A stretch of 63,940 bases of DNA, counting the filler, from Folioceros fuciformis (lineage: Eukaryota): NCBI GenBank assembly GCA_049999805.1. It is 5 parts of 4 records of this genome, joined end to end, with 100 filler letters (N's around TTAATTAATTAA, not from the genome) between each part and the next. Parts side by side here need not be neighbours in the genome. Positions count along the whole stretch, not along the records: positions 1 to 18,121 come from JBNGIO010006042.1; 4 more parts are not named here. One strand, given 5' to 3'. Positions 1 through 10,280 of this stretch are shown here, one piece after another. Made by a program: the position numbers and the translations under genes. Below the pieces are notes generated by a model. It had not been told where the DNA came from and did not search any database. It was given only the letters and a program-made list of their open reading frames with translations. The stretch's first letter is position 1, and each line of letters starts with the position of its first letter.

Positions 1-2643
1 CTGAAGAGCAATATGCAGGCGTTGTCTCCAAGTCAGCCTAGATCGAATATCTCCTCTTTTTCCCTGGAGATGTTCCTGTAAGGTGCCATTGGGGACGTAC
101 TCGAAAACGAGTAGCGCAATTTTGTTCTCCAGACAGCAGCCTAACAACCTCACGAGGTGCCTGTGATTGACTTGTGAAAGAATCCTGACCTCGTTGAGAA
201 ATTGCTGCTTATCCAAAGAGGAGCTCATGCGTTTGCTTTTCTTTATAGCTACTGCAGTGCCATCACGTAGTTGCCCTGCGTACACGACACCAAATCCTCC
301 CACCCCAATTTGGGAGCTTCGTGAGAAGTTGCCCGTGGCTCTTCGAAGTTGACGGAGTGGCATGAGGATGACACTCTCTCTTTCCAGAAGAGTAGCAATT
401 AAATCCTTGTCTTGCTGGTGTTGTTTTCTCCACTGATATGCAGATAGGAAACAGAAAGCTGAGAACAGCAATACAACCCCAACCAGAATCGTCGACAACA
501 CCTGCAGCGTTGCAATGAGTCTGTTAGCAGTTGAACAAGAGTCAAGGGGAGCACCGCAAAGTTCGGGGTTGTTGGCAAAGCGGCTTGCATTGCCCAAACT
601 GTTGTTCAGGCCCGGTGGTATGGGACCTGACAGCCTGTTGTTGGAAAAATCAAAGTCCCTCAACTGAGCTAAAGCAAAGAACAACCTATCTGGAATACTC
701 CCCTGCAAAGTGTTGTGGCTGAGATTCAGGACTTGGAGGCGAGCACGAGGAAGGGCTTCTGGAATGGGGCCCTGCAGCCTGTTGTTGGAGGCATGCAATT
801 GCAGCAAGTTGGGCAAGGTTTGAAACAAAATGCGTGGCATATTGCTCTTACCCAACTTGTTACTGCTCAAGTCCAACACTTGAAGTGAGGAAGGTAGATC
901 ATCCGGAATGGACCCCGACAAATGGTTATCCGACACATTAAAGGTTGTCAAGTTGGGAAAACTAGAGCACATTCCATCTGGAATGCTTCCGCTCAAATTG
1001 CAGGATGCAAGATCCAAGACTTCCAGGGAACTAGGGGCTAGTAGTCTCGGCAAAGGTGAGCCCAGAAGATTGGCACCCGCTAGCCGAAGTGTCCTGAATG
1101 GCGGGATAAGCGACGAGGATGTCTGCTTGTCAAATATAGCCTGTAATGGATTGGGGTTTTCCGCTGTCTGTGTCATGTGGAAACGGTTGTAGCTGAGATC
1201 TAATTCCTCAAATAAAACAGCAGAAGAAGATGTAAAAAAGGGGGTGAGATCTCCCGTAAAGAGGTTTCCTTGCAGTCGGAGGCTTGACAGCTGGGGCATC
1301 TGCACTAGAAGGTCGGTGATGTCACCGGAAAGCTTGTTGTTTTGAAGCCAGAGAGAACCATAAAAGGAAAGGAATTTCGGCAGGGAAGAAGGAAGAGGGC
1401 CTTGTAGCTGGTTATCACTCAAGTCCATGCTACCCCAACCCTTCACACAGGCCACACGATTGCAACTTAGATCCTCTGGTATGTTGCCATGCAGAGAATT
1501 TCGTGAAAGATTGACTCTCTGGTATCTCTGAAGTAAACCCTCGGGAATGCCTCCTTCCAACTCGTTTCCCGACAGATCCAGCGAGTCACCCGCAATAACT
1601 GCATTCTCACCAATATCGGGGGGGATTGCACCAGACAGATGGTTGTTGGAGAGATCTAAGTGCATGATATTTGTAAAGCCCTCCGGAATGCTACCGTTCA
1701 CACCGTTCCACGACATGTCCAAGTACTGAAGCTCGGGGACTCTGACTGCAGTATTCGGCGGCGCCAACGGTCCTTCCAGTCGGTTCCAGGAGGCGTTGAC
1801 ATGCCTCAGGGTGGAGGTTTGAAAGAAAGAAAGTGTCAGGCCTGTGAAGTTGTTCTCACCTGCGTACAAGTATTGTAGCTTGGGTGGTGCTGTCAAGATC
1901 CCTCCCAAGTTGTTGCCAGTGAGAATCAAGTGGGTGAGGCTTGTGAGGCCGCCCAGATTGGGCACTCTTCCGGACAGCCAATTGTGAGACAAGTCCAGGA
2001 TCACAAGATTGACCAAGTTATGCAGCTGCACAGGGAACGCACCCGTCATGCCATTGCCAGAAAGGGAGAGGACTCTCAGGTTGCTCAATCCTTCCAAGCT
2101 TGGCATCGCGCTATAAAATGCGCACCTGTCGGCATACAGGTAGCGGAGGTTGGCTGATGTGATGTTGGGAAGCGAGTTCACCCACTTCGTATCGGAAAGA
2201 TTCAGATTTGTCAGCCCGGTGAGCGTACCAAGCCCATGGAATTGAGCATCCGTGTTGGATGATATGTCCAGCTCCCTCAGGCTCCCCAGATAGCTCAATG
2301 TGGTCAAGTTTACATGGTCTTGAAGCGACCACGAGGAGAAATCGAGCCTGTCAACCGCCGCATCAGAGCCACACAACACGCCCATCCAACCACAAGGATC
2401 GCTGTCATCTTCATTCCAGTTCCACATATAAGACGTCGAGCTCTTGGTTTGGCTGGCAAAACTGAGAAGAATCTGACCATCGTGCGAGAGCACCGCACGA
2501 GCAGGCGGCGTAGGAAGCAAAATTGAAAGCGCTGTCACGCATACCCACAAATGCGCACTTAGTCTACCAAAACTACAACCTCTTGCGCGTTGACAAAGAG
2601 CAGCGCTGCAACGCTGTGCACCGCTAGCATCATCTCCTGCCAT
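1..2643 (-). CDS. LRR receptor-like kinase copy 1 (LRR ectodomain + TM + WAK-type kinase); 3' end runs off the window
   Basis: Manual translation gives ATG at 2641-2643 (MAGDDASG...) and no in-frame stop down to base 1. The ORF track misses it because no stop lies in the window. It has a signal peptide, LRR N-cap (WNEDDSDPCGWMGVLC), many LxLSxNxLxGxIP repeats, C-cap NNPELCGAPL, a TM helix and kinase motifs IGVGGFGVVY, VAIKKSK and NEVRILSQVNHRHLVRLLGCC. It is colinear with 5212-8253. Confidence 0.93.
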   Translation of the reverse strand, partial: MAGDDASGAQRCSAALCQRARGCSFGRLSAHLWVCVTALSILLPTPPARAVLSHDGQILLSFASQTKSSTSYMWNWNEDDSDPCGWMGVLCGSDAAVDRLDFSSWSLQDHVNLTTLSYLGSLRELDISSNTDAQFHGLGTLTGLTNLNLSDTKWVNSLPNITSANLRYLYADRCAFYSAMPSLEGLSNLRVLSLSGNGMTGAFPVQLHNLVNLVILDLSHNWLSGRVPNLGGLTSLTHLILTGNNLGGILTAPPKLQYLYAGENNFTGLTLSFFQTSTLRHVNASWNRLEGPLAPPNTAVRVPELQYLDMSWNGVNGSIPEGFTNIMHLDLSNNHLSGAIPPDIGENAVIAGDSLDLSGNELEGGIPEGLLQRYQRVNLSRNSLHGNIPEDLSCNRVACVKGWGSMDLSDNQLQGPLPSSLPKFLSFYGSLWLQNNKLSGDITDLLVQMPQLSSLRLQGNLFTGDLTPFFTSSSAVLFEELDLSYNRFHMTQTAENPNPLQAIFDKQTSSSLIPPFRTLRLAGANLLGSPLPRLLAPSSLEVLDLASCNLSGSIPDGMCSSFPNLTTFNVSDNHLSGSIPDDLPSSLQVLDLSSNKLGKSNMPRILFQTLPNLLQLHASNNRLQGPIPEALPRARLQVLNLSHNTLQGSIPDRLFFALAQLRDFDFSNNRLSGPIPPGLNNSLGNASRFANNPELCGAPLDSCSTANRLIATLQVLSTILVGVVLLFSAFCFLSAYQWRKQHQQDKDLIATLLERESVILMPLRQLRRATGNFSRSSQIGVGGFGVVYAGQLRDGTAVAIKKSKRMSSSLDKQQFLNEVRILSQVNHRHLVRLLGCCLENKIALLVFEYVPNGTLQEHLQGKRGDIRSRLTWRQRLHIALQ

Positions 2644-3810
2644 GGCCAAACCTTGGCTTCCCGTTGCAAGTTACAACCACAATTCCAGAGTTTGAAAGTA
2701 GTCTGAAGGACAAGCTTGCAACGTTGGAGGGCCCGCCAGAGCTGCAGCCACCCACCAACTTCTAGAACTTTTCACGCGAGCACGATAGATGGCCTACCAC
2801 ATTGGGACTAGGCACAAACATCATGATCATGTGAGCTTGTGAGAGTCCGATGGGTCGCTCGTGCCAGTCGAAGAAGCAGATTCGTGACAGGTTCCAAAAA
2901 CTCCTGCTCCAACTTCGAGACTTCCTCTTTTACATTCTCAGAGGCAGGCAAGCCTATTAGGAGGATGAATAAAAGCCAAGACAGCATACTCGCCCTTGCT
3001 TCAAAGGGTGTCGTGGATTACAGGGCAAAAGACTTCAGTCTTCTCATTTTGTCTTGACAGCTCTGTAGCACACGCAACGATTGACTTAATGTTGAGCATT
3101 TCAAGAGCCACCCGTCTAACCGTAACGTTGTTGGATGCTGGTATGTATCGAAACCCATTTCGTGTGACGTACGTGCAGGCGATGTAAGGATTCTTGCTTC
3201 ATACATATGTACTTGCGGTATTTGGGGTTGAATCACGGAAGGTTCCAGTTGAGGCCACGGTAATACACACTCTGTGAGGACCTCCCTTTCAAGTTGAATC
3301 GTACATGTGTACCACCAACATTGAGATAACCTTGGAGTGAGGCCAAAGTATCAGCCGGGCACCTGCATAGACATGTAGGAATCCGATTCAAGTCTGCTGC
3401 CCCCTCAATTGGCCCATGCAGATGCAAGGAGAATGTCTAGCCAGAAATCAAAGACGTCTCACTTTCAAGACATGCAGCTTGAATCATGCACTTCGCTTGC
3501 CGGCTTAACATGTACAACGAACAGGCAGAGATCTGCTCAGAAAACCAGGCAAGAACGTACATATCCCAATCACACGGACGTAACTTTGTTCAACGCATGT
3601 GTACGTCGTTCGCATGTCGAGATAATTGGACAAGGGTCAGTCTGAGGGTTCATCACGCGCAGTAGATATGACCATGCCTGCTTTGAAAGGACCGTGCCAG
3701 ACATCGACGACAAGTGCTAGCTCCTTCAAGTTGGTAGGATAAGGTAGGTAGCTCCATCAACCTGCCTGAAGCCAACCACCAGGAAGGAGATGAGATTAGC
3801 GCAAAAAAAA
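2644..3810 (-). promoter_or_regulatory. Upstream region of RLK copy 1, sharing conserved blocks with the upstream region of copy 2
   Basis: Blocks at about 2665-2810, 3160-3200 (contains TGACGT) and 3693-3805 align with about 8268-8405, 8542-8580 and 8742-8948. Confidence 0.55.
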
Positions 3811-3828
3811 GTATCGTCCACCTTTGTA

Positions 3829-4020
3829 TGAGCCGTTCTGACGACTTCCTGCGGAACCAAAGACCGCGGGTAAGGGTAGGGGTGCTCACAGCGTGAGGTC
3901 GTGGTTATGCATCCCGAGAGGCGCTGTGGACCATAATTTGGTCGGACAACACCCTTTGAGCACACCGACCCTCACCCTAGGGTCATACGCTTCTGCAGGG
4001 ATCTGTTCGGCCCGGGGAGC
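3829..4020. repeat. Degenerate long inverted repeat (fold-back)
   Basis: The core GGGTAAGGGTAGGGGTGCTCA (3868-3888) pairs with TGAGCACACCGACCCTCACCC (3957-3977) at 18/21. Weaker pairing extends on both sides. Confidence 0.55.
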
Positions 4021-4619
4021 GCTGGTTACTCATGCATCCCACAACGCTGCAAGGCCCACAAATGGAACGATTCCCTAGAACTTGACTTCGTGGCAAAGAT
4101 GCATCGGTCACAACTTTTTGCGATCGTCATGCCATCTCCCACTACTTTCCTGCTTGGTTTGAACCTGCGCACATTCCTCCTTTCTGCAGCTGTCTTCTCC
4201 TGTTGTGCGCGGATGATGAACTCCGCGGCACGCAGCTCCTACACCAGGCTGGACTGTCCCACACTCACACTCATCGTTGCTTTGGATCCCTCAGCCTGGC
4301 TTATGTCACACATTCCAGCTGGTGATTATGCCATGCACCGTGGCCCTTCTCTGCCAACGCCAGGCTGCTGCTATCCTTCCACCAGCAACGCATCTTGCGT
4401 AACTAGCTCACATACAAAGGAGGCCACCGAGGCCGCAACATCTGTGCTGGGGAACTGTGAGAAGTGAAATGGCCGGAGCGCGCTCAACGTGGTGCATAGC
4501 CGTCTTTGCTTACCGAGGAAAGGTGACGGCACGAATTTCTCACAAAGGCCGGCAGAGCTTGAGCCCGTATGTTGATCGCATGATCGCAAAGGTGGCATAA
4601 ATAAAATAAAAAAGTAATA

Positions 4620-5138
4620 CATGTAATTTTTATAAGTAGCCTATCCTGATAGTCACATCACATCCATCAGTCCGGTGGGGCACAGACGGCTACCCCATAC
4701 ACCCACACCAGGCCTCCAAGTATCCCACACTCCTTTCTCGAAGTAGGACTTGGATTGTTCCAACATCCATGTTTCAACAAGGTATCCAAGAATGAGAATA
4801 GAGAGCTCATTAGAGAAGGCTGGTTGGAAAGAACGCTGCTCTTTATTCCAACAACGGGTCCATAAGAATTTTAGAGTGATGAGGTTAGAGAGAACTGCCC
4901 ATCTTTCCTAAAGTAGGAGCTTAGCTTTCTCTAATTTGACCTCCCCCTCCAAAGCTCTCTTAGCCCCACAACAACTTATGCTCTTCAATGTAGAGCGTAA
5001 CCCTCTCGGCTTTTATGGAATAGAATAGTAATTGTTTTATATTTAGAGTTATTAAAAGAATAACAGATTAAAAATTATTATAGTTTAATCCTTAAGTCTA
5101 AAGATAATAAATAAAGATATAGGTGAATGGAGTTAACA
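4620..5138. mobile_element. Probable LTR-like or other TE-derived insertion truncating RLK copy 2
   Basis: Kinase-coding homology stops abruptly at about 5139 next to a TGTTAAC/GTTAACA terminus followed by AT-rich sequence. The other boundary was not identified. Confidence 0.35.
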
Positions 5139-8100
5139 ATTGACGCTCTGCCGATTTGGGAAGCCAACGTCTCTAGCAAGACAGGATCGATGAACGTTTC
5201 CAAATCATCCTTCAAGACTTTGCCGAGTCCACCAAGTTGGTTTTCTTCCATATCCTCAAACGATGGGTAGGAAATTTGGCTGAAATGAGTTCCAACAACA
5301 GATCGCCAAAGCTGTAAACATCACTTTTAGTTGTCAGTTGCAAGCTTGCGTGGTACTCGGGATCGATGTAGCCCACGGTACCCTGGATGTCAAGAGTGGA
5401 CACGTGAGTGGCCCACTTAGGAGCCAGTCTGGAGACGCCAAAATCTGCCACCTTGGCGTTTAGGTGCTGGTCCAGGAGAATATTTGCAGACTTCACATCT
5501 CTGTGAAAGATAGGCTGCTGGGTTGCAGAATGCAAATAGTCCAAAGCCTCAGAGGTCTGAAGGGCGATATTTAGGCGTTGTGTCCAAGTTAGCCTAGATC
5601 GATTGTCTCCTCTTTTCCCTCGCAGATGTTCGTCCAAGGTGCCGTTCGGTACATACTCGAAAACGAGTAGAGCAATTTTCTTTTCCAGGCAGCAGCCTAA
5701 CAATCTGACCAGATATCTGTGGTTTACTTGTGACAGAATCCTCACCTCGTTGAGAATTTTTTGCTTATCCAATGCGGAGTTCATGCGCTTGCTTTTCTTG
5801 ATAGCCACTGCAGTACCATCATGCAGTTGCCCTGCGTACACGATTCCAAATCCGCCCGCCCCGATTTGAGAGCTTCGTGAGAAGTTGCCGGTGGCTCTTC
5901 GAAGTTGACGGAGTGGCATGAGGATGACACTCTCTCTTTCCATAAGAGTAGCAATTAAATCCTTGTCCTGCTGGTGTTGTTTGCGCCATTGATATGCTGA
6001 GACCGCACACACCATTGAGGACAAAAGCACGAACCCAACCAGAACTATCCACAGCACCTGCAGCTTTGCAATTAGCCTGTTAGGAGTTGAGCAAGGCCGA
6101 AGAGGGCTACCACATAGCTCAGGATTGTTGCCAAAGCGGCTCGGATTCAGGCCCGGTGGTATGGGACCTGTCAGCTTGTTGTCGGACAAGTCAAAATCCT
6201 TCAACTGAGCTAAACTAAAGAAGAGTTTGTCTGGAATACGTCCCTGCAAATTGTTGTGGCTAAGATTCAGGATCTGGAGGCTAGTACGAGGTAAAACATC
6301 AGGAATGGGGCCCTGCAGATTGTTGTTAGAAGCGTAGAATTCCAGCAAGTTGGGCAACCCTTGAAAAAGATAACGCGACATATTGCCCATCTCCAAATGG
6401 TTGTTGCCAATGTCCAATACTTGAAGAGAGGAAGGTAGATCTTCTGGCAACGGCCCTAGGAAACTGTTATGTGATACATTGAGGGTGGTCAAGTTGGGGA
6501 ATTTAGATGTGAAGGAGTTTGGTATTCTTCCTCTCAAATTGCAAGATGCAAGATCCAAGACTTCCAGGGGACAGGGGCCTGAAAGCTCGGGCAACTCTAA
6601 GCCCAAGAGATTGTTACCCGCCAGACGAAGTGTCCTGAATCGCCGTTGAGACATTTGATGTAGTAGGAGTTCAAACATAACCTTCAGTGGATTTGGGTTC
6701 CCTGTTGTGTGTGTTAAGTTGAAATCGTTGTAGCTGAGGTCTAATTCCTCAAAATACTTAGCATGCGATGTGAGAAAAGGATTGAGATCTCCGGTAAAGA
6801 AATTTCCTCGCAGCCGGATGCTTGCGAGTTGGGGCATGGTGAGTAGAAGACGAGTGATGTCACCAGATAGATTATTGTTTTGAACCCAAAGATTACTGAA
6901 CAAATCAAGGAATATCGGCAGGGAAGAAGGAAGACGGCCTTCCAGCTTGTTGTCACTCAAGTCCAGTCTCCGACACGCTTCACCCCTCGTACAAGCCAGA
7001 CGATTGCACAGGTCATCTGGAATACTGCCATCTAGATAATTTCGTGACAGATTGATTACACTCTGGTATCGCTGTAGCAAACCCCCAGGAATGCTGCCTG
7101 TCAGCTCATTTCCCGACAGATCCAGCATATCACCCACAACACCTGCATCAATATTCATACCAATATCGGGAGGTATTGTACCAGACAATTTGTTGTTGGA
7201 CAGATCCAAGTACATGACCTCTGTGAGGCCCAGTGGAATGCTCCCGTTCAGACGGTTCCAAGACAGATCTAACCACTGAAGCGTAGGGACAAAGACTGTA
7301 GTACTAGGCGGCGCCAATGGTCCCTCCAGTAGGTTCCAGGAGACGTTAACGTGCCTCAGAGTGGAGGTCGTGAAGAACGAAGACGGTAGACTTGTGAAGA
7401 AGTTCTCACCTGCGTACAGGTACTGTAGCTTGGGTGGTGTTTTCAGGATCCCTGTCAAGTTGTTCCCGGTGAGAATCAAGTGGGTGAGGCTTGAGAGGCC
7501 CTCCAGATCGACAATTCCTCCCGTCAGCCAATTGTAAGAGAGGTCCAGGAACTCAAGACTGACCAAACTCAGAAGCTTCTCAAGGAAGGAAGCACCCGCA
7601 ATACCAATGTCAGAAAGGGACAGAACCCTCAGCTTGCTCAGTCCTTGCAATCCCTGCAAGAGCAAATGGCACCTGTCTGCATACAGGTAGCGGAGATTGC
7701 CTAATCTGTTCATTTCCGTTCCTGCGAGCAAAATTGTTCGTGGTGAGGTGTCGGAAAGATCCAGACTTGTCAGCCCGACCAGATTCTCAAGCCCCACGAA
7801 ATCCATTAACGGATTGGAGGAAAGATCCAACTCCCTTAGACTCCCGAGAGAGCTCAGTGTGCTCAAGTTCACATACGCCAGCGACCAGGAGGAGAAATCG
7901 AGCCGGACCACAGCAGAATCAGAGCCACATAACACGCCCGTCCAACTACACGGATTGATGTCACTCTCATTCCAGTTTGACATATACGAGGATCGATTCG
8001 TGACGCTAGTTGCAACCCCATAGCGAGCCGGCACACTGCCGTGGAACTGGTTGGAGGGCTGTTCGGCAAAGCTGAGGAGAATCTGACCATCGTGGGAGAG

Positions 8101-8253
8101 CACAGCACGCGCGGGCGCTGGCAAACGGAGTAAAATTGAGAGCGCTGTCACACATGCCCACAAAACCGCACAACCAGAACTGCAACGTTTTGCATTTGCG
8201 CGTCGGCAAACAGCAGCTGCGTACCAATGCTGGGCAGCAACACCATCCCCCAT
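5139..8253 (-). pseudogene. LRR receptor-like kinase copy 2 (LRR + TM + WAK-type RD kinase); frameshifted and truncated in the kinase C-lobe
   Basis: ORF 5212-8253 (first ATG MGDGVAAQ) has LRRs, TM, VAIKK, HRDVKSAN, DFG and GTVGYIDPEY. After the TGA at 5212, homology continues in another frame (KDDLETFIDPVLLETLASQIGRASI, compare copy 3 FIDPVLLDTLDSPAGRASM) and ends at about 5139. Subdomain XI (CL...RP) is missing. Confidence 0.85.
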
Positions 8254-9306
8254 TGTCGAGCCTTGGCGCAAGTTACAACCACACCTCCAAAGTCGAAGGC
8301 GAAAGCATAGGCTGCAACCGTTGAGGGCGCATTGGAGTTGCTGAGAGATTCCAGCTTCTGGAAATTTTCAAACGAGCATGGCAGATAGCCTACCACCTTG
8401 GGAATAATGTGTCACAATGTGACAGCGCGAATCATGTAGATATCTTCAGTCTGAGAACTTCAAGACCAACTCGTACGATCTCAACAATATGGGCTAATGG
8501 CTTGACGTCACACCTTGGCAGGTCCATGGACAGCCCCTTCTTGTGACGTATGTGCAAGTGAAGTAAGGATTCTTGCTCCGTCTTCAGCGCTTTGAGCCGA
8601 AAAATCCTGTTCACAGGTCATCATTCACACAACCTTGCAAAAGGGGACCAAGTTTGGGCCACCCGATCATCTAGCAAAGGTCACACACCCTTTCGCTGAA
8701 AGTTCATCATATGAAGTAACTGAGCATAGGTTGGAAGGACAGTGCCAGACCTCAACGACATGTGGCAGCTCCTTAATGTTGGAAGGATTCGACAGGGTCC
8801 CTGGAAAAGGATCAGGTTGCCATCACAGCTGCCTGAAGACCAGAATTTGATCAGCCAGATACAACAAGCTGTGGGTTGTTGTGTTCGTTCTTCTTCTCAT
8901 GACATCTACTTTGCATCCAGCGAACAGGGAGGATGAGAAACGCGCAAGGACGAAACATGATACGCAATGGCATCCCTTGTTTTCATATTGTGGAACACAG
9001 AAATAGGGCATCCTGGTTTAGGGTTTGAGTCGATGGTTAGTGTGGAGGTTGGAGGTGCTAGTATTGAAGAGGTGTAAGGTTTAAAGTACAATGTATACTT
9101 GCATACTAAAGACTACTGATAGTAGTCGTTTCTTCCAGAGCACGTCGTCGTTTCTTCCACGGCACATCTTGATCTGCCTAGGTGACCGCAGCAGGCATCT
9201 CTTCCTGCGCGGCATGCCGTCACAAGCCTGGAACTTGGCAAAGACACACTTGTATCGTCGTTGGCAAAGACTCACTTGTATCGTCGTCGTTGGACAATTT
9301 TAGGTG

Positions 9307-10059
9307 CTAGCTGTTGAATTCATCAGAGCAAGGATCGCAATGCTTGTAGACGAGCGCCTGTAGCTGCTGCCGTACCTCCTTCATGTCTGGTCGCTCCCTT
9401 GATCTCAATGCCAAGCACTTGGCAGCCAAGCAAGCTATGCTCTCCATTGATGCCCTGCCAGCCGGCGAATCCAAAGTGTCCAGCAAGACAGGATCGATAA
9501 ACTCTGTCCAAACACCATTATTCTTGACGGAAACTGCCAAGTCCACCAGGCTGGCCTCCTCCCATGTGCTCAGAAGATTCACTGGAGATTTTCCTGAAAT
9601 GAGTTCCAACAATACCGCACCAAAGCTGTACACATCACTCTTACTTGTCAATTGGAAGCTTGTGTAATACTCGGGATCGATGTAGCCCAAGGTGCCCTGG
9701 ATTGCAAGAGTGGACACGTGAGTGGCCCATTTAGGTACCAGCTTGGAGATGCCAAAATCTACCACCTTTGCGTTCAGCTGCTCGTCCAGGAGAATGTTTG
9801 CAGACTTCACATCTCTATGAAAGATGGGGTACTGGGCAGCAGAATGCAAGTAGTCCAAAGCCTCAGAGGTCTGAAGAGCAATATGCAGGCGTTGTCTCCA
9901 AGTCAGCCTAGATCGAACATCTCCTCTTTTTCCCTGGAGATGTTCCTGTAAGGTGCCATTGGGGACGTACTCGAAAACGAGTAGCGCAATTTTGTTCTCC
10001 GTACAGCAGCCTAACAACCTCACGAGGTGCCTGTGATTGACTTGTGAAAGAATCCTAAC
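9307..10059 (-). pseudogene. RLK copy 3: kinase-only 3' fragment lacking the ectodomain, Gly-loop and VAIK lysine
   Basis: The ORF runs from about ILSQVNH through HRDVKSAN, DFG and RERPDMKEV to the stop at 9307. Bases 9871-10056 match 1-186 with 3 mismatches. The 5' break sits beside a 9-bp duplication, GTCAGGATG x2 (10063-10080). Confidence 0.85.
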
Positions 10060-10280
10060 GTCGTCAGGATGGTCAGGATGACTCTCTAGGATATTCTGTC
10101 ACATTGATAGGATCGTTTGCTGACATCATAGTTGAACTTGATGATATACAAGACTCCATGGTTTCCTTTATTGCAGAGGTTGGTGATCATTTGTGACACA
10201 GTATCCCCATTTTTCCTACAATATGGAAACAAAAAAACCTTGCTTTCTTGAGACTTTTTCTCCAACGTTGTTTCTTTCAG

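Noticed and set aside
2500-2530. Suspected frameshift in the signal peptide of RLK copy 1
   Set aside because: A codon-by-codon recount shows the frame is open (..SILLPTPPARA..).
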